A stretch of DNA of 64,000 nucleotides, from positions 35,650 through 99,649 of the IMG/VR virus record IMGVR_UViG_3300037044_000228; one strand, given 5' to 3'. Position 1 is the first letter of the stretch. Every line of letters starts with the position of its first letter. The DNA is from a virus. Below the pieces are notes generated by a model. It had not been told where the DNA came from. It saw only the letters and a list, made by a program, of their open reading frames with translations, and searched no databases. Below, piece after piece: positions 1 through 9,501 of the stretch. A program made the translations under genes and the position numbers.

Positions 1-474
1 AGCCGCGAGGCGGTAGCCTTCAAGACATCGCACTACACGCGCGGCAAGGATGGCGCGCCCAGCGTGATCTTCCCGCCGTTGTCAGCGGACGCCGACCGCG
101 GCGACCAAGAGGCGGTGCTCTTATGTCCCGGCGACGCGATCGCGTTCGCGCTGCGTGGTCGGGAGGGTGGCGTGGCGCCGGAGATCCACGGTGATGGCAC
201 GACCGTCGGCGCGCTGCGTTCTGCGAGCGGCGGGTCCAGCCGTGACTATCTCGCGATCGGCGACGTCGTGCGTCGCATCACGCCGCGCGAGGCAGAGCGG
301 CTGCAGGGCTTCGAAGATGACTACACGCTCGTGCCCTTCGCGGGCGGGATGATGTCGGACAGCCAGCGCTACAAGCAGCTTGGCAACACGATCGCGGTGC
401 CTGTGCTCGACTGGCTGGGGCGGCGCATCGATCGCGTCGAGGCAGAGATGGCGCGGATGCGCGTCGCCGCTTAG
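1..474 (+). CDS. DNA (cytosine-5) methyltransferase, C-terminal part (5' truncated by window)
   Basis: RRITPREAERLQGF...RYKQLGNTIAVPV matches C5-MTase motifs IX-X. Confidence 0.85.
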   Translation, partial: SREAVAFKTSHYTRGKDGAPSVIFPPLSADADRGDQEAVLLCPGDAIAFALRGREGGVAPEIHGDGTTVGALRSASGGSSRDYLAIGDVVRRITPREAERLQGFEDDYTLVPFAGGMMSDSQRYKQLGNTIAVPVLDWLGRRIDRVEAEMARMRVAA

Positions 475-983
475 GCGCGGTCGGCGTTCTCCATGTCCTC
501 CCAGCGGATGATGAAGCTGGTGAGCCATTGGCGCTGCTCGCGCGTGAACCACTCTGCGTGCAACACGAGCTCGTCGGCGCTCATGTCCCAGCCGGGCGGC
601 ACCTTCAACTGCGCGTTCTCCGCAAGCCAAGCGTCATACTCGGCGGTGAGCACGTCTCGCAGCGAGGGCGCTGCAACCTCAAGGTTCCCGCCCAGCGCAG
701 TGATGCGGGTCGTCCAGCCAGTGAGGATCGCGGCGCCTGTGCGGCTCGCGCGATCTACGCCGCGCGCGATGGGTAGGGCGGATGCGCCGTCGCCGTCGAG
801 AAGCGGCGTCATCATCTCTGCGATGGCGTCCATCACCACCGGGCCGACCGCGACTTCGTCCCAACCGTTCCAGCGTTGCCCGGTGGCGGTCCCGGCGAAC
901 AGCGTGTGATCGATGCCGAGCGCGCTATCAATGCGGAAGATGACTTCCGCGCCGGCGGCGTACGTCTTGGCTTCTGTGCTCAT
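471..983 (-). CDS. hypothetical protein
   Basis: 170-aa ORF, AGGAGG RBS, directly follows parB. Confidence 0.7.
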   Translation of the reverse strand: MSTEAKTYAAGAEVIFRIDSALGIDHTLFAGTATGQRWNGWDEVAVGPVVMDAIAEMMTPLLDGDGASALPIARGVDRASRTGAAILTGWTTRITALGGNLEVAAPSLRDVLTAEYDAWLAENAQLKVPPGWDMSADELVLHAEWFTREQRQWLTSFIIRWEDMENADRA

Positions 984-992
984 GTGTTCCTC

Positions 993-1919
993 CTACACCA
1001 TCGACGGCGTGACTGCATGCGACCGCAGCGCGGTCTCGAGACGGGCCAGATCCTCGCGCATGACCGCGATGAGATCGGCAGCGGCCGTCGCCTTGCCGGG
1101 GTTCACTTGGCGCAGCGCGACGATCTCGTTGTTGACCGTGGACGCCCGCAGCAGCGCGGCGACGCCGGTGAGGCGTTTCTCGAACGAGCGCGCGCGGCGG
1201 CGATCGGCTTCCGAGACCGGGGGCGGGGCGTCAAGATCGAAGAACGATTGGTGCTCGGCTTCCTTGATCTGGATCGCGGCGTTGCGGAGCGCGTCATACG
1301 TCGCGCAGTCCCCGGCCTTGATACACCGGAACAGCGCATCCTGCCCGCCGGGCGACAGCTGCGCCATCTCGTAGGCCTGACTGTTCGAGAGCGATTTGCC
1401 ACGGAGCAGCGTCTGGTACTCCGGGCGCAGCTTGAGCAGGCAGGTGCGTTCGGTGACGCGCCACGCCTGCTGCAGACCAAGGCGCTTGGCGAGCTCTTCG
1501 ATCGTGAGGCCCATATCGAGGCAGCGTTGGTAGGCGACCGCCTCTTCCAGCGGCGAGACGTCCCGGCGCGCGGCGTTCTCAACGATGGCGCGCAGCATGA
1601 CGTCGCGATCGGTCAGCACGCCTTCGACGCGGGCTTCGATCTCGGTGCGACCGAGAAGGCGATGGGCGCGAAACCTGCGTTCACCTGCCACGATCATGTA
1701 GCCCATGCGGACCTCGCCGACGGTGTCGGACGGCATCTCGCGCGGCGTGACGACGATGGGTTGCATCAAGCCCTGTTCCTCGATCGCATCCGCGAGCTCG
1801 CGCAGCGCGGTCCCGTCGAAGTGCTGGCGCGGTTGGTCGGGGTTGGCGAACACGTCGCACATGGGGACCATGCGGACGGGCGAGGGTGCGGCGGCGACTG
1901 GCGTGGTGGCGGTGGTCAT
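993..1919 (-). CDS. parB: ParB/RepB/Spo0J family partition protein
   Basis: NPDQPRQHFD, GLMQPIVV, IVAGERRFRA, ENAARRDVSPLEEA and an HTH region. Confidence 0.9.
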   Translation of the reverse strand: MTTATTPVAAAPSPVRMVPMCDVFANPDQPRQHFDGTALRELADAIEEQGLMQPIVVTPREMPSDTVGEVRMGYMIVAGERRFRAHRLLGRTEIEARVEGVLTDRDVMLRAIVENAARRDVSPLEEAVAYQRCLDMGLTIEELAKRLGLQQAWRVTERTCLLKLRPEYQTLLRGKSLSNSQAYEMAQLSPGGQDALFRCIKAGDCATYDALRNAAIQIKEAEHQSFFDLDAPPPVSEADRRRARSFEKRLTGVAALLRASTVNNEIVALRQVNPGKATAAADLIAVMREDLARLETALRSHAVTPSMV

Positions 1920-1962
1920 CTGGTGGCTCCCGGTGGTGGCGGGCTAGAGGGGCGACTTGCGT

Positions 1963-2010
1963 CTAGGGCTATACTTGCGGACAGAACCCGCCGGCGCAAG
2001 GGCAAAATGC
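1963..2010 (-). promoter_or_regulatory. variant copy of the GTATAGCCCTAG promoter/box element upstream of parB
   Basis: CTAGGGCTATAC at 1963-1974 plus downstream GCAAGGGCAAAATGC like the other copies, but with a longer spacer. Confidence 0.6.
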
Positions 2011-2023
2011 GATGCGCTGCAAC

Positions 2024-2059
2024 GAAAAGCCGCCCGGCTTGGGAGCGGGGCGGCTTTCC
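2024..2059. terminator. putative intrinsic terminator
   Basis: AAAAGCCGCCC...GGGCGGCTTT hairpin just after the 2082-3284 minus-strand ORF. Confidence 0.6.
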
Positions 2060-2081
2060 TGCGTGATTGTGGCTGCGTTTG

Positions 2082-3284
2082 TCAGTCGCCTTCGTCTTCC
2101 GCGAGGTCGATCGTGATCCATCCCTCGACCGGGTCTGCGATCTTGAACACGTTGGCGATGCTGTCGCAGTCCCGCTGAATTTCGAGCGCCTTGCGCGCTG
2201 CGTCCCGGGGAGATGTCGCGTCAAGCTCGATTTCCCACATGACAAGATACTCGCGCGCAGTATCATGGAGGGGGGCGTCTGGCGCGGCGGATGGCGCGCC
2301 GGTTGGCGCAGAGGCGGGCGCAAAGGCCAGCGTGGCGGCGGCGAGCCTACGCATGTGGCCGTCGCCGGGACCGGCGCTCTCGACGAACGCGCGCGCTTCG
2401 ACCAGCGCTGCGGCGAGCGGCGCGAGCTTCTCGCGGCCTTCATCATATGTCCCGTCTTCCAGGCCGGAGGCGAGATCGTCGTGGTAGCTGTCCGCTGCGT
2501 CTGTGAGCGTGGCGATGGCGTCGACCGAGAGGGTGGCGGTCGGCGGCACTTGGAAGCCACCCGGCGTGCTGGCGACGAACTCAACCGGCGCATCGGAGAG
2601 GCGCTGCGCTTCGGCGCCGGTGATCCAGGCTGGCGCACCATGCGTGATCTTCACGTCGTCGATCGTCGAAGGGTGCCGGGAGAAGGGGACCATGCTGAAC
2701 TCGCGCACCTGTGGCGCGGGCTTCTTCGCCGCGAGATCTTCGCGCAGGTTGGTCGCCCATGCGCGGAAGCCTTGCTCAAGCGACTCGGCGATGTCCTGCG
2801 TCGCCATTTTGTCTTCTATGCCGGGCGCGGCGATCGCCATCGCGTCGGCGATGAGATCCAGCCCGACGAGCACGTCGTCATCATCGATGAGGCCATCGGC
2901 CCGTATGTCGGCGATGGTGAGCATGTCGCGCGCAACTTGCAGCAGTGAGAGATCAGAGGCCTGCCGCTGCGCGGACGGTGCGAACATCTGGCAGGGCGGG
3001 CTTTCGGTGATGAGATCGTGCGCGGCGAAGTGGTCCGCGACGCCCGGCCCGACCGTCATGGCGATGGTGGGGCCGCAGTTGAGGCGCTCGCAGAGCGTGT
3101 CGATCTCGTCGGCCGTCAATGCGGGATGCGTCTCGCCGTTCGTGGCGATGTCGAGCAGGGCGTCGGCATCAACCGCGCGCCGATCCGAGAGAGGCCCTAG
3201 AGCCTGCCAGTACCGCAGCGCCGCGAGCACGGTCGCGTGCTCGGGCCCTATCAGCGCGTAGAGCTTTCCGTCTGTGGTGGTCAT
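2082..3284 (-). CDS. hypothetical multidomain phage protein
   Basis: 400-aa ORF with GGAG RBS; contains ATVLAALRYWQ...IATNG...EIDTLCERLN and YLVMWEIELDATSPRDAARKA segments. Confidence 0.75.
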   Translation of the reverse strand: MTTTDGKLYALIGPEHATVLAALRYWQALGPLSDRRAVDADALLDIATNGETHPALTADEIDTLCERLNCGPTIAMTVGPGVADHFAAHDLITESPPCQMFAPSAQRQASDLSLLQVARDMLTIADIRADGLIDDDDVLVGLDLIADAMAIAAPGIEDKMATQDIAESLEQGFRAWATNLREDLAAKKPAPQVREFSMVPFSRHPSTIDDVKITHGAPAWITGAEAQRLSDAPVEFVASTPGGFQVPPTATLSVDAIATLTDAADSYHDDLASGLEDGTYDEGREKLAPLAAALVEARAFVESAGPGDGHMRRLAAATLAFAPASAPTGAPSAAPDAPLHDTAREYLVMWEIELDATSPRDAARKALEIQRDCDSIANVFKIADPVEGWITIDLAEDEGD

Positions 3285-3355
3285 GTGATCTCCGTGTGGT
3301 GGGGTGGTGGCGGTGAGAAGGGCGCGACCGGCTACGTTCTGTAGCCGATGCGCGC

Positions 3356-3763
3356 TCAGATCAGCGAGCCTTCTGCTGCGGGCGGCGGCGCGGCCTTTTT
3401 CGTGGCGATGCGCGGCGTCGGCTGGATCTCGAGCACTTCATGCCCGAGCGTGCGTTCAAACCAGCGGGCCACTGCAGTTCGATGGCAGAACTCGCCGTCC
3501 TTCTGCAGCGACTCCCAGCACAGCAGCACCGGCTCAGCGCCGCCCGCGAGCTTGTGCAGTTCGTCCCAGGTGGCCTGCGGGTCCAGCCGCGCGAGGATCG
3601 CCTCGTAGCGCGGGTCGTACTCGGGCTTCGCCATCTTGAGCATGTCAGCGTCCGGGTAGAGCGGTTTGAACAGGCGGAAGCCCGCCGGGGAATTGCGCGG
3701 CACGCCACGCGAGATGCCGATGCGGCCCTCGCCCTTGTAGCCGAACCAGTATGAAGTCTTCAT
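3356..3763 (-). CDS. DUF488-like protein
   Basis: MKTSY...ISRGVP...LLCWE...FCHR motif pattern; start taken at ATG 3763. Confidence 0.7.
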   Translation of the reverse strand: MKTSYWFGYKGEGRIGISRGVPRNSPAGFRLFKPLYPDADMLKMAKPEYDPRYEAILARLDPQATWDELHKLAGGAEPVLLCWESLQKDGEFCHRTAVARWFERTLGHEVLEIQPTPRIATKKAAPPPAAEGSLI

Positions 3764-3899
3764 TCCTCTAATTCCTTGCGTTTCACTGTGCCGGTACTGG
3801 CGCAGCATTTACCAAACTTAGCACAATACTGCCCGCGCAACAGCGAAAAGACGCACGTTGCTGGCCTTTTACATGCGTCACCGGAGCCCGTGAGAAGCC

Positions 3900-5264
3900 A
3901 TGTTCATCGGTGGAATTCCCAAGGTCGTCGCGCAGCAGATCGCGACAGCGCTCGACGGCTCGACCGCGACCGACGTCTATGTGTGTTGCAGCGGGTCCTT
4001 TCGCACCGAGCGCACGATCTGGCAGCAGCTGCCCGGCGCACGCGTGCACGGCAATGACGTGAGCCTCTATTCCAGCGCGATCGGTGAGTGGCTTGCGGGA
4101 GGCGCGCTCGACTGCGAGTTTACCGACGCGCTTGCGCCGCTCGAGAAAGCGATCAACGCCGGCGTCGGCGCGTCGGCGCGTCGGCGCGCGGCGGGCGCTG
4201 TGTATGCGGCCGAACTCGCGCGCTTTGCGACCGGCAAGATGAATGCGTTCAAGGAGGCGCATGTCGCGCATCTGATGAACGGGGCCGAAGCGGCGCTCGA
4301 TGCGATCGAGGAGAAACTCGAAACCGCATGCGCCGGCGGACGCCTGGCATCTTTCCATCGGCGCGACTGGCTGGCGCACTTGCGTGATGGCGTCGCCAAC
4401 GGCGCGACCGTGGTGGCGTTCCCGCCGACCTATCGCGGCGGTTACGAGAAGACCTATGCGTGGATCGAGGCGAACGCCCGATGGACGCCGCCGACCTATG
4501 AGACATGGGACCCCAAGAACCTCGACGGTGTCGTGCGCGAGCTCGCGGCAGGCGGGGCCGACTATTGCATTCTCGCTGACCGAAAGCTGGAGGGCGTTGA
4601 GCCCGACACCATGTTCCAGGCGCTCGGGAAGCGCGTCATCTATGGCTACACGCACAAGGGCCGGCCGCAATGGGCGAAGGCCGCGTCGACGGGCAAGCCG
4701 TTCAACTACAAGCCCCTCGACACGTCGAAGATCACCAAGGACTCAGTGGTCGAAGTGACGCCGATCGACGGGCCGCGCGCGCTCTACATTCGCACCGTCT
4801 ATATCAAGAACACGATCGCGCCCGCGCCGGCGCTGCAGAACTACTTCATCTTCATCGACGGCATGCTCGCGGGCGTGCTGGGCTACAGCGTGAACAAGAT
4901 GCCCGGCGCGGTGGGCAAGAACAAGGAGCACCTGATCTCGTGCTACCTCATGTGCGACGTCTCGCTCTCGCGCGAGGGCAGGATCTCCAAGCTGATCGCG
5001 CGACTGGCGCTCAACCGCGACGTGGTCGGGCACTTCGGTCGGCGCATGCTGCAGCCCTACAAATACATCGTCACGACGGCGTTCTCCGATCACCCGGCTT
5101 CGATGAAGTACCGGGGTATCTGGGAGCTTCTGAGCCGCAAGGAAGTGGAGCCACCGGGACGCGGCTTCAATCTGCAATACGGGGGGCACGTCATCAATGA
5201 GACGCCGGCCGAGGCTTTCGGCTGGTGGTGGAGCAAACACAGTGACAAAGCCCAAGGCAAATGA
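3900..5264 (+). CDS. DNA modification protein: adenine-methyltransferase-like N-terminus with possible GNAT-like C-terminus
   Basis: VYVCCSGSF...HGND (SAM-binding-like) and FPPTY (DPPY-like); C-terminal FIFIDGMLAG...TTAFSDHPASMKYRG. Confidence 0.6.
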   Translation: MFIGGIPKVVAQQIATALDGSTATDVYVCCSGSFRTERTIWQQLPGARVHGNDVSLYSSAIGEWLAGGALDCEFTDALAPLEKAINAGVGASARRRAAGAVYAAELARFATGKMNAFKEAHVAHLMNGAEAALDAIEEKLETACAGGRLASFHRRDWLAHLRDGVANGATVVAFPPTYRGGYEKTYAWIEANARWTPPTYETWDPKNLDGVVRELAAGGADYCILADRKLEGVEPDTMFQALGKRVIYGYTHKGRPQWAKAASTGKPFNYKPLDTSKITKDSVVEVTPIDGPRALYIRTVYIKNTIAPAPALQNYFIFIDGMLAGVLGYSVNKMPGAVGKNKEHLISCYLMCDVSLSREGRISKLIARLALNRDVVGHFGRRMLQPYKYIVTTAFSDHPASMKYRGIWELLSRKEVEPPGRGFNLQYGGHVINETPAEAFGWWWSKHSDKAQGK

Positions 5265-6138
5265 TGCGGCGGCGCAGCCGAGCGAGATGCAACCGTCGGT
5301 GACGTCGGATGCGTGGGGGCCGCTGGAAACCAAGTTCATCCAGATCGACCCGCGCAAGCTCAAGCGGCAGGCGCTGAACGCCCGCTACATGACGGCGGCG
5401 CAGATGGACTTGCTCGTCCAGAACGTGCGGGTGGATGGGCGCCTGACTTCGACGCCGCTCTGCTACCAGCCGCCGGGCGCCGACGAAGACGGGATCGAGA
5501 TCCTGTCCGGCCATCACCGCACCGAAGCCGCGATCCGCGCGCCGCTCGACGAGATCACGATCGAGGTCATCGTCACCGAGCTCTCGCACGAACGGAAGGT
5601 GCAACTGCAGCTGGCGCACAATGCGGTCAGTGGGCAGGACGATGCGACGAAGCTGGCGCAACTCTACGACAGTCTCGACCTGAACGCGCGCAAGGCGTCG
5701 GGTTTGACCGACGACGTGCTCAATGCGTTCAAGGACATCACGCTTGGCGGACTGTCTGTGTCGCTGCAGTACCAGGAGATGAACCTCTTCTTTCTGCCCG
5801 AGGAAGCCGAGGTCGTGAAGAAGGCGTTCGCGCGCATCGACAAAGCGGCGAAGAAACAGACCGCCTACATTGCTGCGTATGCGGACTTCCAGACGTTCTT
5901 CGACGTCGCGGTGCGGGTGAAGTCGAAGTTCGATGTCTTCAACAGCGCGACCGCACTGCGGATGATGGTCGATCTTGCGACGCAGCGGCTCGACCAGATC
6001 GAAGCCGAAGAGGCCGAGGATGCGGCGAACGCGGAAGCGGCGCGGCAGAGCGGCGGATCAGGCGGCGCCGCAGGTGGACCAGCGAGCGCACCGGCAGCGC
6101 CGGCGGAACAACCAGCCAGACCAAAGAAGGCGGCGTGA
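5242..6138 (+). CDS. ParB-like (ParB/Srx N-terminal) domain protein
   Basis: NARYM...ILSGHHRTEAA...QLAHNAVSGQDD; GTG start at 5242 with GGAG RBS. Confidence 0.8.
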   Translation: MTKPKANDAAAQPSEMQPSVTSDAWGPLETKFIQIDPRKLKRQALNARYMTAAQMDLLVQNVRVDGRLTSTPLCYQPPGADEDGIEILSGHHRTEAAIRAPLDEITIEVIVTELSHERKVQLQLAHNAVSGQDDATKLAQLYDSLDLNARKASGLTDDVLNAFKDITLGGLSVSLQYQEMNLFFLPEEAEVVKKAFARIDKAAKKQTAYIAAYADFQTFFDVAVRVKSKFDVFNSATALRMMVDLATQRLDQIEAEEAEDAANAEAARQSGGSGGAAGGPASAPAAPAEQPARPKKAA

Positions 6139-6276
6139 AGCGTATGTCCGAAGCCATGTCCGAAGACTGCGGACATGGGGAGGCGAGCGCATACAAGCAC
6201 GTCGAATCCCACGGGCAATCCCGACCCAATCCCCGCCGGTATAGCCCTGTCTATGTTCACACCATCGGTGACATAG

Positions 6277-6996
6277 ATGGCGACGACTCGAAAGACGGCG
6301 GGCACTGGCAAGAAAGCGGCGACGGCGCGCAAGGGGGCTAAGGCCCGTGCGCGGGCGGCGTCGAAGGGAGGCGCGCAGGCGAAGGCCGGCGGCTCCACCC
6401 GCCCGAAGAGCGTCAAGGCCATGGCGGCGTCCGCGGCACAGGGGCCAGCGGACGCCGCCGCACCACATTCCCCACCGCGCGATGCGGCCCACGCTGCGCC
6501 AGACTCCACGATCAAGACAACGGGCCTGAAACCGGGACCGCGTTCCGCGCAGCGCAGCGGCGATCATGTGCGCGCCGACGGGGCTGAGACCAAGGCGAAC
6601 GAGAAGTACCCGGTTGAGCTCGTGGAGATGGCGCTGCGCACTTCGGCGGGCGTGTATTCAGTCGCGGCCGAGAAGATCGGGTGCGCGCGCAACACGATCG
6701 CGAACTACGTCAAGCGCTACCCCTATCTCGCCGATGCGCTGACCGAGATCGAGGACGGCAACGTCGATCTGGGCGAAGCGCAGCTGATCTCGGCCATGTC
6801 GAAGGGCGAGTCGTGGGCGGTGCTCTTCTACCTGCGCTGCAAGGGCAAGCGGCGCGGTTACACCGAACGGCACGAAATCACCGGCGCCGGGGGCGGGCCG
6901 GTCAAGGTGGCCTCAATCGACTTGAGCAAGCTGAACCTCACCGATGCCCAACTCGCTGTCCTCGATCAAATCGCAGGCGCCGCAGCACTCGGCTGA
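6277..6996 (+). CDS. terS: terminase small subunit (basic N-terminus, HTH)
   Basis: HTH VAAEKIGCARNTIANY, FYLRCKGKRRGY, EITGAGGGP; lies directly upstream of terL. Confidence 0.75.
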   Translation: MATTRKTAGTGKKAATARKGAKARARAASKGGAQAKAGGSTRPKSVKAMAASAAQGPADAAAPHSPPRDAAHAAPDSTIKTTGLKPGPRSAQRSGDHVRADGAETKANEKYPVELVEMALRTSAGVYSVAAEKIGCARNTIANYVKRYPYLADALTEIEDGNVDLGEAQLISAMSKGESWAVLFYLRCKGKRRGYTERHEITGAGGGPVKVASIDLSKLNLTDAQLAVLDQIAGAAALG

Positions 6997-8683
6997 GTGG
7001 CTGGCGAGCGAGCAGGGGCGTATCGACGTCGACCGCGAGATCTGTCGCCGGTCCATGATCGCCTTCGTGCGCAAGGCCTGGCACATTCTCGAACCGAGCA
7101 CGCCCTACGTCGAGGGCTGGGTTCTCTACGCGATCTGCGATCACTTGATGGCGGTGAGCCGCGGCGAGATCTCGCGCCTGCTCATCAACGTGCCGCCGGG
7201 CATGATGAAGTCGCTGCTCGTGTCGGTGTTCTGGACCGCTTGGGAGTGGGGTCCCCTCGGCGCGCCCGGCATCAAGACGATCACGGCGTCCTACCAGATC
7301 GACCTTGCCATCCGCGATGCGCGGCGGCTACGCATGCTGGTCGAAAGCGAGTGGTTCCAGGCGCGCTGGCCGCTGGCGATGGCGTCGGACCAGAACCAGA
7401 AGACCCGCTTCGAGAACGTCAAGACCGGCTTCCGCGCGGCCAAGCCCATCACGTCGCTCACCGGCGATCGCGGCCACCGTCTCATCATCGACGACCCGCA
7501 CTCCATCAAGACGGCGGAAAGCGACGCACAGCGCAACGAGGCGGTGCGCGAGTTTCGCGAAGCCGCGCCGAGCCGCATGGTCGATCCGACCAAGTCAGCG
7601 ATCGTCGTCATCATGCAGCGGATCCACCAGGGCGATGTGTCCGGTGAGATCATCGACCGCATCGGCGGTTACGAGAAGCTGATTCTGCCCATGGAGTACG
7701 ATGTCGAGCGTCCGTGCACGACGTCGATCGGCTTTAAGGATCCGCGCACCGAGGATGGCGAGCTTCTCTTTCCCGAGCGCTTTCCGGCCGAAGTTGTGGA
7801 GCGCGACAAGGCGGTGCTCGGTCTCTATGCGAGCGCGGGCCAGTTCCAGCAGGCGCCGTCGCCGCGCGCCGGCGGTCTCTTCATCAAGTCCAAGGTCGGC
7901 GTCATCGCCGCGGTCCCGGCGGGCTCCGTGCGCGTGCGCAAATGGGACTTGGCGGGAACCGAGAAGGGCGTGAACAAGAAGGGCGTCGCGAACGATCCGG
8001 ACTTCACGGTCGGCCTGCTCATGGCGAAGACCACCGACGGGCGCAGCATCGTCGAAGACGTCGTGCGGCTGCAGGCCTCTCCCTTCGACGTCGAACAAGC
8101 GGTGCTGCGCACGGCGCAGCAGGACCGCGCGGCGCATGGCAATTCCGTCGTCGTGCATCTCAACATCGATCCGGCGCAGGCGGGCATCCACCAGGCCAAC
8201 ACCTACACCAAGCTGCTCAACGGCTTCATCGTGAAGATGGAGCCCGAGCGCGGGTCCAAGGAGTACCGCGCATTTCCCGTCGCGGCCCAGGTCGAAGCGG
8301 GAAACGTCTTCATGGTTCCAGGGCTGTGGAACGCGAAGTTCCTCGAAGAGATCGGGCTCTTTCCGCAGGGTCGCTACAAGGACCAGGTCGACGCACTCAG
8401 CGGCGCCTACAACTTTATGAACAATCCGATGGACGGCCAGCACTTCTGGGACTGGATGATGAAGGCTGTCGCAGAGCAGGAAGCCGCGAAGGCCGAGGCG
8501 CGTGCGGAAGCGCCGGTCGACCGCGTGCCGATGCACCCGCCGGTCGGCGTGCTGTCTGCGACCGGGCGGATGGGCGACGGCTACAATCTCGATAAGCACG
8601 GCGTCATGTGGGTCAAACCGGACGACGCTCTGATCTTCGCGCGCGCAGGCTTCAGGCGCGTCGAAATCCAACAGGCTGCGTGA
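6944..8683 (+). CDS. terL: terminase large subunit
   Basis: LLINVPPGMMKS Walker A, IIDDPH Walker B, MQRIH, WDLA and FPQGRYKDQVDA nuclease motifs. Confidence 0.95.
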   Translation: MPNSLSSIKSQAPQHSAEWLASEQGRIDVDREICRRSMIAFVRKAWHILEPSTPYVEGWVLYAICDHLMAVSRGEISRLLINVPPGMMKSLLVSVFWTAWEWGPLGAPGIKTITASYQIDLAIRDARRLRMLVESEWFQARWPLAMASDQNQKTRFENVKTGFRAAKPITSLTGDRGHRLIIDDPHSIKTAESDAQRNEAVREFREAAPSRMVDPTKSAIVVIMQRIHQGDVSGEIIDRIGGYEKLILPMEYDVERPCTTSIGFKDPRTEDGELLFPERFPAEVVERDKAVLGLYASAGQFQQAPSPRAGGLFIKSKVGVIAAVPAGSVRVRKWDLAGTEKGVNKKGVANDPDFTVGLLMAKTTDGRSIVEDVVRLQASPFDVEQAVLRTAQQDRAAHGNSVVVHLNIDPAQAGIHQANTYTKLLNGFIVKMEPERGSKEYRAFPVAAQVEAGNVFMVPGLWNAKFLEEIGLFPQGRYKDQVDALSGAYNFMNNPMDGQHFWDWMMKAVAEQEAAKAEARAEAPVDRVPMHPPVGVLSATGRMGDGYNLDKHGVMWVKPDDALIFARAGFRRVEIQQAA

Positions 8684-8719
8684 GCATTCCGCTCACCTGA
8701 GTGAGAAGGGACAACCATC

Positions 8720-9397
8720 ATGACCGACGTCAAAATGAAGGCGCCTGCCGGGCTGACCGGTGCGGTGCAGACCGAATACGGCACGGTGCAGATCGACGCC
8801 AACGGCTTCGTCACCGTCGATGCACGGGTGCAAACCGTGCTGCTCGGCGCGGGCTTCACGGCTGCGGCCCTCGGCATCGGCTCACAGGCGATCGGCGCTG
8901 ACGGCGTGCCGACGTTCCGCGTGCCGATCCTGAGCTTCCGCTCCACCGACGGCGCGGTGAACGTGGCGGCGGCGGCGGGCAAGTTCGGACTCGCGGCGAC
9001 CCTGGGCACCAGCCACAACCTCGTCAGCGAGGCGGCGCAGAACAACACCAAGACCGACATCGCGTTCGCCGAGGTCGTGCTGCCCGCGAACTATGTGGCG
9101 GGGCAGGACATCGTCGTCACCATGAGCGCGAAATACACGCTCGCCGCCGGCACCGCCGGCGCGTGCACGATCGACCTGCAGGCCTACGAAGTGAGCGATG
9201 TGGGTGCGCACGGCGCCGACATCTGCGCGACCGCGGCGCAAGCCCTGACCGCAGCGGACGCGGACTATGCGTTCACGCTCACCGGAACCAACCTGGCGCC
9301 GGGCGACCGTATCGCCCTCAAGGTGACGCAGGTTATCATCGAGACCGCGAACGGCGGGACCGTGACGGGTTCCATTGCGTCCGTGCGCGTGGGCTAA
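8720..9397 (+). CDS. putative virion structural or decoration protein
   Basis: 225-aa beta-rich Ala/Gly/Thr protein between terL and portal, with RBS. Confidence 0.6.
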   Translation: MTDVKMKAPAGLTGAVQTEYGTVQIDANGFVTVDARVQTVLLGAGFTAAALGIGSQAIGADGVPTFRVPILSFRSTDGAVNVAAAAGKFGLAATLGTSHNLVSEAAQNNTKTDIAFAEVVLPANYVAGQDIVVTMSAKYTLAAGTAGACTIDLQAYEVSDVGAHGADICATAAQALTAADADYAFTLTGTNLAPGDRIALKVTQVIIETANGGTVTGSIASVRVG

Positions 9398-9501
9398 GAC
9401 CGAGCGCTGCAAGGCATGATGGGCGGCGGCGCCACCGTCGCCCATCAATCCTATCGCGCATGGGGCGGACTATTCTCACGCTGGATCTAGCCAGCGGGTG
9501 A

